Shown here: piece after piece, positions 29,760 through 37,849 of the stretch | Position numbering within the stretch: position 1 is the first letter of the stretch | Layout of the letters: every line of letters begins with the position of its first letter | DNA from: Promethearchaeota archaeon | Lineage (GTDB): Archaea; Asgardarchaeota; Lokiarchaeia; Sigyniarchaeales; SOKP01 | Assembly (NCBI GenBank): GCA_016930515.1 | Contig: JAFGGO010000108.1 | Span: 1 to 64,000, forward strand | Length of the DNA: 64,000 nt | Reading direction: 5' to 3' | Program-made: the position numbers and the translations under genes | Notes under the pieces: generated by a model | Told to the model about the DNA's origin: nothing | Database searches by the model: none | The model's input: the letters and a program-made list of their open reading frames with translations, nothing else

Positions 29760-29858
29760 ATGTTAAAGATCACCATTCTTTCTATTAAATTTTTTCTTTC
29801 TATTTGTTAGAATAAATTTAGACATTGTTTCATGGATTTTGAATGATTGTATCTTTCT

Positions 29859-30380
29859 CTAATTTAAGGTGTTGTAATCCTTCGTGAACACATATTTTCT
29901 ATCTAAAAAGAACTTTACAGTGTATCCAATAACTAAAGCCACGATCATGCTAAGTTCCAACGGGCTATTAACAAAGTTTGTCATTAGAAATTGAATTCCA
30001 ATGTTTAGAAGAGTTGTGAGAATGGCAAAAGCAAAATACTTAAAAAATTCCTGAGAAGTATCCTTGATGTTACTACCACTTTTTTTAAAGACCACATATT
30101 TATCCAAGAAAAATTTTATAATATAACATATACCAACAGCAACAATAGACCCTAAAAGTTCTGCCATATTAATTGGATCAATGGAACAATAGAGAGTGTG
30201 GATGAATTCCAAATGACCAAAATTGTTACATATATATGGATAAAGAAATATCTGGTTGGTTTTCTGTATCAAGTAATTAAGTACAATCATTAAAAGAGCA
30301 AATATTAAGTAAATAACCAGTTGCTTATGTACTTCTCTTTCTCGTAAAACGCCCCAATTAATTCCTTTTTCTTTTGACAT
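29859..30380 (-). CDS. GtrA-family membrane protein
   Basis: Duplicated KFFLDKYVVF / KFFLDRKYVF; EFFKYF.FA. Confidence 0.85.
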   Translation of the reverse strand: MSKEKGINWGVLREREVHKQLVIYLIFALLMIVLNYLIQKTNQIFLYPYICNNFGHLEFIHTLYCSIDPINMAELLGSIVAVGICYIIKFFLDKYVVFKKSGSNIKDTSQEFFKYFAFAILTTLLNIGIQFLMTNFVNSPLELSMIVALVIGYTVKFFLDRKYVFTKDYNTLN

Positions 30381-30394
30381 GGTTTATCAATTGT

Positions 30395-31024
30395 TTATAG
30401 AATTCTCTTTTTCCAAGAATCGCTAGTATTAACATCATTAGTGTCATCTGCTATGTGATCAATTTCTTCGGTTTTGGAGAAATTATTCTGTAATATTGGC
30501 CCGCGAATATTCACTCGATTTATCTCGTCATCTTCTCTTCCCATGATCTGTTTGATTATCGAAGTCTTCTTGTCTTCCTTACCTGTAAGCTTTAAATAAA
30601 ACTTTTTTACACCATAAAATAATAGCGACAACCCGATGGCAAATAAGAAATAAAGAGCTGCCCAACCGCTACCAAAAAATAATATTGGAAACGGAAAAAT
30701 TCCAGATCGATAATTAAAAAATACAAAATTATCGAGTATGAAGAATAAAATGAGGAAAACAATACACCTCCCACAGGCAGGTATCAATTGCTTTTTCACC
30801 ATGGATTTCATCAATTGGGTGACCTCCGTCTGCAATTGGCGCATCATGTAAGGATCGTTCAATATCTGAGCGTTGTGCATCCTCTCTTGAAGATTCTTGG
30901 TCTTCTCTCTAAATTCTTTTAACTTTTCTGGATTTTGACCTATAAATTTATTGAGAATTTTGTTAATTAAAATAAATACCAAAGTTATAAAGAAAACAGC
31001 GAGTATTATCAATTCGATTTCCAT
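30395..31024 (-). CDS. EMC3/TMCO1/DUF106 (Oxa1-superfamily) membrane insertase-like protein
   Basis: TM1 - cytosolic coiled coil with Met-rich end (MMRQLQ..QLMKSM) - TM2; PFPILFFGSGWAALYFL. Confidence 0.8.
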   Translation of the reverse strand: MEIELIILAVFFITLVFILINKILNKFIGQNPEKLKEFREKTKNLQERMHNAQILNDPYMMRQLQTEVTQLMKSMVKKQLIPACGRCIVFLILFFILDNFVFFNYRSGIFPFPILFFGSGWAALYFLFAIGLSLLFYGVKKFYLKLTGKEDKKTSIIKQIMGREDDEINRVNIRGPILQNNFSKTEEIDHIADDTNDVNTSDSWKKRIL

Positions 31025-31177
31025 TTTTCGTACACCAGATTAAGAAATCTTGAATAAAATTAAAATTTTTCTTTACTTTTCCGTTGCGATCTTTATATTG
31101 ATGTTTTTATCAATCGCTAAAAAGTTCTATTTAAATAGAAAGGAATCTAAAGATATAATTATTAAAATTTATTTTAA

Positions 31178-32128
31178 ATGCAAATTTTAGGGGACATTCA
31201 GTTGCGTAGAGTTAAAATTAAATTATATGAACTTGAAGATTATAGGTGGTGTCCTAAAATATTACGCGTTTTTCTTTCGAAATATCTAGGATACCTTCAA
31301 AAAAAAATGGAAATATACGATCCAATCGTTCCTAAGATCGTTCACTTGTTAAAAACAACGAGTTCAAATACTATTATTGATATGTGTAGCGGATCGTTTG
31401 GTGAACACATATACCAAAAGTTAAGCGAGATAGACGATTCAATTATTGTTAAATTGACGGATAAATTTCCAGAGCCAGATATAATTGAACACATTAATCG
31501 AAGTAATTCGAAATTATCTTACGAATCAAAACCATTAGACGCAATGAACATGCCTAGATCTCTTAAGGGACTCAGGACGATGTTTACTGCTTTTCATCAT
31601 TTTCCTCCCTTTAAGGCAAGGAAAATATTACAAGATGCCGTCGATTCTAACCAACCCATCGCAATTTTCGAAATGTCTGAATTAAACATGAAGGGGTTTG
31701 TGGCAACGCTATTTTCTCCTTTTATAACGATGGCTTTAGTGAGAAAGTTTGCAAGGGAGTTTAAGTTAGGATGGAAAGCGTATGTATTCACGTGGATCTT
31801 ACCCGCTTTTCAGGCCATAGTGTTATGGGACGGTCTTGTTTCTGCGTTAAGGACATATAGCGTCCATCAGATGAGAAAATTGGTTGACTCTATAAACGGT
31901 TCAAATTATTACTGGGAAATTCAAAGGATCTCCAAGTCGATGCCCGTTATATACCTCGCAGGATATTCAAAGAACTATATTCGAAATTATCCCGAAAATG
32001 CGTGCCGATTTTGTGGAAGAGAATTATCCGAATTGGAGGCGATATTGTGTAATAGATGCAAACCATTATTTACCAAAAAGATTAGCCTCGTCAAAGATTC
32101 TAATAAAGAAATTAATTTACGAAAATAA
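31178..32128 (+). CDS. class I SAM-dependent methyltransferase-like protein with a C-terminal Zn finger
   Basis: IIDMCSGS.G, LTDKFP, DA, GLRTMF.AFHHF.P; tail CRFC..CNRC. Confidence 0.75.
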   Translation: MQILGDIQLRRVKIKLYELEDYRWCPKILRVFLSKYLGYLQKKMEIYDPIVPKIVHLLKTTSSNTIIDMCSGSFGEHIYQKLSEIDDSIIVKLTDKFPEPDIIEHINRSNSKLSYESKPLDAMNMPRSLKGLRTMFTAFHHFPPFKARKILQDAVDSNQPIAIFEMSELNMKGFVATLFSPFITMALVRKFAREFKLGWKAYVFTWILPAFQAIVLWDGLVSALRTYSVHQMRKLVDSINGSNYYWEIQRISKSMPVIYLAGYSKNYIRNYPENACRFCGRELSELEAILCNRCKPLFTKKISLVKDSNKEINLRK

Positions 32129-32203
32129 TTCGCTTAATTTATGAATAAAAAAACTTAAAAACCCAAATTTTTTTATTTTTTTAAAAAAAAAAGTGTTTGT
32201 AAT

Positions 32204-32566
32204 ATGATGGAAACAGTTGGGAAATGGGAGAATTACAAGGGACAACAAATTCTCATATGCGATTATAGAAATTTAAGAGGAAAAGAGTATATAGCCGCAA
32301 TCGAAGAGAATTTATCTAATGCTAGACGATCTAATAGAACAGATCTCTTGATTTTAACGGATATCAGGGATAGTGTCGTAGATGTAGAGGTTTCTAACAA
32401 GTTAAAAGAGTTAGCAGGTGACATAAAAAAAATCACAAAAAAAATGGCCATTGTTGGATTAACTGGTTTGAAGAAGTTAATGCTGAAATTCCTCAACAAG
32501 GTAGCTTCGATGAATATTAAACCTTTCGAGGATATAAATGTTGCTAAAGAGTGGTTAATTCAATAA
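32204..32566 (+). CDS. STAS/SEC14 (SpoIIAA-like) domain protein
   Basis: YKG..IL..DY..L, LILTD, K.AIVGLTG.K, F....AKEWL. Confidence 0.75.
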   Translation: MMETVGKWENYKGQQILICDYRNLRGKEYIAAIEENLSNARRSNRTDLLILTDIRDSVVDVEVSNKLKELAGDIKKITKKMAIVGLTGLKKLMLKFLNKVASMNIKPFEDINVAKEWLIQ

Positions 32567-32636
32567 TCCATTGTTTAAAATTTTATTTTTTTATTTCAAT
32601 TTCAAAGTATGGTAATCTCATAAAAAATGTTCTTTC

Positions 32637-33737
32637 TCAATTTAAATTTCCATTTAAAAAACCCGCGAGATATTTGGCGTAAAGAGTTTTCCATCGGGCA
32701 GGCATGCTTGAAGCTATAGCACAACCTAATCTACATCCACTACAAAAATCGTAATTATCTTTTACTTTCATCATATCTGCTACTTCTTTTGACCTATATA
32801 TTCGGGCAATAGAGTATTTTAAAGCGTTGAAACTCCTTACAGGATGGATCTTGCATGGATAATCCACTTTTCCATCGTATCTTACGAATAAATAAGCCTC
32901 AACGACGTGACATCTTAAAATATTTTGGTAATATGTGTGGGTGTTATTTTTTTGTCTTCCAAAACCCCCATTTTCAATAACTTGAATCGTAACGGGATCT
33001 GTTATGATGTTCTTATATTCTTTTCTAAGAGATCTCACCGTACTTGCCCACTTGGAAATATCGGGAATCATATCCTTGAGATCGTCTATTTGATAAGTTT
33101 CATCCTGAAATTCACGAATGATATCCTCGCAAGGATCCATTTCGACGCAACAATTTAATTCTTTAGCTAACTCACAAATTTGCCCCAAGTATTTTATATT
33201 ATCTTTCATGACAACAGTGCTGATGACAACTTTAATGTTTTTTTTTGTAGCCAGCTTTATCGATTCGATGACTTTTTCGTAGATATTAAGCCCTCGAAAC
33301 TCATTGTGAAGGCGTGCCCTTGGATAATCTAAGGATAAAACCAAATAATCAAGTTCGTTTATTTTATTCTTTTTTAACAAGCTGGGGAGGAGATATCCGT
33401 TGCTGACTAGTCCAGTTAAGAGGTCTTGCTTTACACTGGAATGGTGAATCAATTCTGGTAAGTCTTTTCTAAGTGTGGGTTCGCCACCAGTAAACGAAAG
33501 AGATACAACTCCTAAATCTGCGATTTGAGTAGTAATATTTTTAATTTGATCCGTTGTCATTTCTTTACTCTGTTTAACCAGCGACTGAGGTAATGAATGC
33601 AACGAACAAAATGAACATTTAGCGTTGCACCTGAGTGTGATTTCTATTTGAGCGGAATATGGGATTTTTATGTTCGTAAAATTACTTAAAAAGAAATTCT
33701 TAACATAATGTAAAGCGTTTTTTGCACTGATATGCAT
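32637..33737 (-). CDS. radical SAM protein with a C-terminal Cys cluster (SPASM/twitch-like)
   Basis: CNAKCSFC, FTGGEP.LR.D, SNG, SLD; YPC...CSGC..GC. Confidence 0.9.
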   Translation of the reverse strand: MHISAKNALHYVKNFFLSNFTNIKIPYSAQIEITLRCNAKCSFCSLHSLPQSLVKQSKEMTTDQIKNITTQIADLGVVSLSFTGGEPTLRKDLPELIHHSSVKQDLLTGLVSNGYLLPSLLKKNKINELDYLVLSLDYPRARLHNEFRGLNIYEKVIESIKLATKKNIKVVISTVVMKDNIKYLGQICELAKELNCCVEMDPCEDIIREFQDETYQIDDLKDMIPDISKWASTVRSLRKEYKNIITDPVTIQVIENGGFGRQKNNTHTYYQNILRCHVVEAYLFVRYDGKVDYPCKIHPVRSFNALKYSIARIYRSKEVADMMKVKDNYDFCSGCRLGCAIASSMPARWKTLYAKYLAGFLNGNLN

Positions 33738-33888
33738 GGTAGATCTAAAGCTAAATAGTTAGGATCAGAAGGTATCTGTTTATTAAAAATATAATTAATT
33801 AAATTATCCACGAGAAAAAATTCTTCGGATATATTATGCTTTTCTAAACTTTTATATTAGCTTATTTTTATTACAGATTAAAAATAAA

Positions 33889-33965
33889 ATTCAATAATTG
33901 AGAATAGATAATCCCATGTTTGTACGAAATGGGTTAATTAAAACTTGTCTCAAATAATATTGAAT
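33889..33965 (+). promoter_or_regulatory. nested hairpin in the probable 5' leader of the 33999 gene
   Basis: ATTCAATA/TATTGAAT, TTGAGA/TCTCAA and CCCAT/ATGGG nested stems. Confidence 0.4.
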
Positions 33966-33998
33966 GTATTTTAAACTCGTATATTAAGGAGATTCAAT

Positions 33999-34373
33999 TT
34001 GTCAGAATTCGAACAAAATGTAATACAAAAATTAAACGAGATAAACCAAAAGCTTGATAAATTATTAATTCAAAAACCCCCTACGCCCGCACCTGCGGTT
34101 GCAACCACTGTCCCTGTTTCGCAAACATCTACTTCAACTCAAGTATCTGCTTCACAACCTACAAATGTGAGCCCATCAGCCGTTGTAGAAAGGCAGATTG
34201 AGGAAGAAAAGTTGGTTGAAAAGCCTCCCGTTGAGGGAAGGCGAGTGTGCCCGGATTGCGGGAACACTACATTTAACCAAATTGAGGATAAGACACAAGT
34301 CCTTTCCATGATGGGAGGGATTAAGATCTATGCTAAAAAATATGTTTGTAAGAAATGCGGTAAAGAGATGTAA
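33999..34373 (+). CDS. short coiled coil + Pro/Thr/Ser linker + Zn ribbon (same ribbon type as the gelsolin tail)
   Basis: EGRRVCPDCG...EDKT...IYAKKYVCKKCGKE; AAGGAG SD; TTG start. Confidence 0.8.
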   Translation: MSEFEQNVIQKLNEINQKLDKLLIQKPPTPAPAVATTVPVSQTSTSTQVSASQPTNVSPSAVVERQIEEEKLVEKPPVEGRRVCPDCGNTTFNQIEDKTQVLSMMGGIKIYAKKYVCKKCGKEM

Positions 34374-34489
34374 GATCACCTAAATTCCACTTTTTTTATT
34401 AAGTGTTTTTTTCCCTTTTATATTAACATATAAAACATTAAAAACCACCAATCCTTGAGAGATCATACACATTAAATACGGTGAATTAA

Positions 34490-35137
34490 ATGAGTTTGCT
34501 ATTAGATAAAATTAAAGGCTTAATTGGAGGAAACGAACTACAAGAAATCATAAAGGATTTTAGCGATATAATCAAAATTGAAACTAATATGATAAAATCC
34601 TCAAAGGAACGGATCTCAAGTCTTCAAAATTACGCTAAAGTCGAGACACCAACTCTCAGAGAAGCAATAGAGTCCTTAGGAGAAACCTTCGAAAATATCG
34701 ACGGTGCAAGGGAAGAAAAGATCGACCAAATGCACGATAAGTTCTTAACACCATTGAACGATTTATTGGAAGAATTTAAGGAGTTATCTACGGAGTTAAA
34801 AGAATCGGAGAAGGCCAAAAAAGACTTGGAGAAAGCAAAATCCAAGCTTACCAAGCTTAAATCAAAACCCAAGGAAAAATTAAAGCCGGGTCAAATGGAA
34901 AGCGCAGAAACTGCCGTAAAGGATGGTGAAACAAAAGTACAGAAAGAAGAAACTGAAGCCAAAGAAGCGAGCGTACAATTTAATCGGAAAAAAGTATCAA
35001 TCTTAAAGGCCGTTCTTGAAGATATTATAACCATCGAAAAAACTTTTCACGAAAAAGTAATTAATTTGATTAATCCCGCCCAAGAAAAAGCTAAAGCAAT
35101 CGATTTAGATGAAAAACCTGCAGAAGTTCCTGAATAA
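34490..35137 (+). CDS. BAR-domain protein, FAM92/CIBAR-like
   Basis: 215-aa three-helix pattern; YAKVETPTLR, KFLTPL kink, Lys-rich tip, FNRKK...IITIEKTFHEK...IDLDE. Confidence 0.75.
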   Translation: MSLLLDKIKGLIGGNELQEIIKDFSDIIKIETNMIKSSKERISSLQNYAKVETPTLREAIESLGETFENIDGAREEKIDQMHDKFLTPLNDLLEEFKELSTELKESEKAKKDLEKAKSKLTKLKSKPKEKLKPGQMESAETAVKDGETKVQKEETEAKEASVQFNRKKVSILKAVLEDIITIEKTFHEKVINLINPAQEKAKAIDLDEKPAEVPE

Positions 35138-35417
35138 TATTTTCGGCTAATATTTCAAGCATGTTATTATAACGTTTTATTTTTCTATTCTTTTAGGCAC
35201 TTTATTTAATAATCATCCCAAGATTTAATTTTATATCCATAAACAACAAATCATTATAAAAACAATTTTAACTAATAAAGATTCTTTTTATTTTTCGACA
35301 TGTTTAAATTAAAGTTGTCTTATTAAGTTAGCAACTAAAATATATGGAGTAAATGATAAATCTACAGTTTATTCATATTAATAAAACACTCCTAATTAAA
35401 ATATGAGGTATTAAAAA

Positions 35418-35930
35418 ATGGACAAACAAAATATTGGCCCTTCTATGGCGATAATTGGTGCCCTCCTTTTATTCATAGGTGCAATTTTTTTAATAAGCGA
35501 GGGCATAGCTCGTGATTTACTTATAGGTGTCTATACATTGACTTGGGATAGAATTAGTGTAGATCCGACACCAATAATCGTTAGTTTCGTAATGACTCTT
35601 ACCTTAGCAATTCTTACAATAATTATTGCATTAATTGCTCATAAAAAAATAAAGATAGGAGGAATTGCTATTGCTATTATAGGTGCTTTTGCAATTATAG
35701 CCATGTTTATCCCAATTGGAACACTTGACATCTCATCTTATCTATATCCTCCTGGTATTCCCCTTGTTGGTGGTACACCTGTCCTCGGCGAAAAACCTAT
35801 TCTAACATGTAATCTTGTTGCGACGGGAATTGCTAACGGAATTTTACTTTATAGCGTAACTTACATTCTCTATTTAGGGCCATTTCTCATCCTTGGAGGT
35901 GGACTTTTAAGTATATTCTTAAAAGAGTAA
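35418..35930 (+). CDS. 4-TM membrane protein
   Basis: Four hydrophobic segments; GPFLILGGG; GAGGT SD. Confidence 0.75.
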   Translation: MDKQNIGPSMAIIGALLLFIGAIFLISEGIARDLLIGVYTLTWDRISVDPTPIIVSFVMTLTLAILTIIIALIAHKKIKIGGIAIAIIGAFAIIAMFIPIGTLDISSYLYPPGIPLVGGTPVLGEKPILTCNLVATGIANGILLYSVTYILYLGPFLILGGGLLSIFLKE

Positions 35931-36054
35931 TTTCTTTAATAATTGATTCTTCTTTTTTTTAATATATTTTTAGCTTTTTAGATTTCGTTATATTAAAAAT
36001 TGAATATCAATCTAGAAAGTAAATTTAAAAAATAAAAAAATAAAAATTGATATC

Positions 36055-36474
36055 TTATAGTGGTTCAAATCCAAGATCAATTCGTGGATTCTCTCCTGGA
36101 AGGGGCGTTTCTAAAAACTTAACTTTTACGGGTGTATCTATTTCGATTGTTTCTGGTTTTGACTCGTCCACTCCTACGAGTTGAGCAGACACCATCGGTC
36201 CTTCGTCAAGCTTAATAACGCTAAAACAGTACGGTTTATTTTTCGAATAACCCTTATCAACGAAAAATTTAGTTCCCACGCTAATGCACGTAAAGGCGGC
36301 TATTTTTCCCTTTCCCGACATTTCGGTCCATTCCATCTCAGTAGAACCACATTTCGTACAGAGTTTTCTTGGAGGTGCAAATAATTCCCCGCAACTTTTG
36401 CATTTCGAACCCATTAACTTCTTTTGGTTAATATAATCCAAGTAATTATATACAGTTATTTCTTTTTCAGACAT
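36055..36474 (-). CDS. DUF35/ChsH2-type Zn-ribbon OB-fold protein (thiolase partner)
   Basis: KCKSCG..FAPPR.LC.KC, SGKG.I..FT, KLDEGP; AGGTGA SD favours ATG 36474. Confidence 0.9.
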   Translation of the reverse strand: MSEKEITVYNYLDYINQKKLMGSKCKSCGELFAPPRKLCTKCGSTEMEWTEMSGKGKIAAFTCISVGTKFFVDKGYSKNKPYCFSVIKLDEGPMVSAQLVGVDESKPETIEIDTPVKVKFLETPLPGENPRIDLGFEPL

Positions 36475-36487
36475 TCTTTGCATCACC

Positions 36488-37747
36488 TTATTTTTGATAT
36501 ATTGTGACCACGCAAGTTCCTCCAGAACCTCCTAAATTATGCGTTAAGGCTCTTTCGACATCAAATTTAACTTGACGGTTTCGTTCGGCTCGTCCTCTCA
36601 TTTGCTTGAAAATCTCGACCGCTTGTGCGGCACCAGTGGCTCCAACGGGATGCCCCTTCGATTTCAAACCTCCAGAAGTGTTGATAGGGCGCACTCCGTC
36701 TCGTCGACTTTCCCCATTCTTCACGGCTTCGGCTGCTTTTCCTTTCTCATAAAAACCCAAGTCTTCCATTGCTAATATTTCTGCAATCGTAAAGCAATCG
36801 TGTACCTCAGCAATTTGCATGTCTTTAGGTCCGAGACCGGACATTGAATAGGCTTGCTTTGAAGCTTCTTTCGTTGCGATAAAACTCGTTAAGGTATCTC
36901 GGTCGTGTAGCGATAATGCCGCGCTTCCCTGTCCCGTACCGGTGATCCATAGGGGCGTGTCCGTGAACTTTCTTGCCAACTCTTCCGAGGCGAGGAACAC
37001 GCACGCTCCGCCGTCCGTAATTAATGAACAATCGAACAATCGTAATGGAGAAGCGATATAAGGATTAGCCGAACTTGAAAGAAAATCAATCTCGTCTTTC
37101 CAGTAGGGGACTTGCTGACCTTGACTTTCCGCTCTTTTTATTTTGCTTTCCATTATGTCTTTTATGCTTTGCTGCATTTGAGCAAAGGGGTTTTCCTTGC
37201 CGTTTTCATGGTTTTTTATTCCCACTCTCATGAGATCTTCTGGTTTTGTGCCATATTTATGAAAGTGAGCGGACGCAACAGCTGCATATAATCCTGGGAA
37301 TGTTGCTCCTGCAGGATATTCGTAAGTTGCATCTGCTGCTGCCGCCAATGCGTCAGTCACCATGGTCGTAGGTACTTCCGACATTGTTTCAATACCACAT
37401 ACGGCAATTAATTCGTGAACACCGGAAGCTATGCCCAAGATTGCTTGCCTCAAAGCTATTCCGCTGCTTGCGCAAGCACCTTCAAATCGGGGTGCTGGTT
37501 TTGGTGTAAGACCTACTAAATTCGCCATATTTGGACCTAAATGCCCCTGGTGATTAAATAGATCTGCAGTGAAATTTCCCACGTAGCAGGCGTCCACATC
37601 TTTGGCTTCAATACCATTATCAACACTTTTCACGGCGTCAATCCAAGCATCGACCCACAAATCGGGATTCCTCTTTACGGGAAAGTGCTGTCCGAACTTA
37701 CTCATTCCGGCACCGATCATCGCTACTTTTCTTGCTAATTTTCCCAT
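36488..37747 (-). CDS. thiolase-domain protein (SCP2/archaeal acetyl-CoA C-acyltransferase type)
   Basis: EGACASSG, DCSLITDG, EVHDCFT, NTSGGLKSKGHPVGATG, HNLGG. Confidence 0.93.
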   Translation of the reverse strand: MGKLARKVAMIGAGMSKFGQHFPVKRNPDLWVDAWIDAVKSVDNGIEAKDVDACYVGNFTADLFNHQGHLGPNMANLVGLTPKPAPRFEGACASSGIALRQAILGIASGVHELIAVCGIETMSEVPTTMVTDALAAAADATYEYPAGATFPGLYAAVASAHFHKYGTKPEDLMRVGIKNHENGKENPFAQMQQSIKDIMESKIKRAESQGQQVPYWKDEIDFLSSSANPYIASPLRLFDCSLITDGGACVFLASEELARKFTDTPLWITGTGQGSAALSLHDRDTLTSFIATKEASKQAYSMSGLGPKDMQIAEVHDCFTIAEILAMEDLGFYEKGKAAEAVKNGESRRDGVRPINTSGGLKSKGHPVGATGAAQAVEIFKQMRGRAERNRQVKFDVERALTHNLGGSGGTCVVTIYQK

Positions 37748-37849
37748 TTTTATTTACCAATAATTAATTTTCTAGTTTTAGTAATTGTCCAAAAATTAAA
37801 ATTCTTACAGTTTTTAATAATAGTTCTATCTTTTTTTAAAAAAGAGAGT

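Noticed and set aside
36055-37747. Thiolase-DUF35 as the mevalonate-pathway thiolase/HMG-CoA synthase complex
   Set aside because: No HMG-CoA synthase is adjacent and such pairs are commonly multi-copy.
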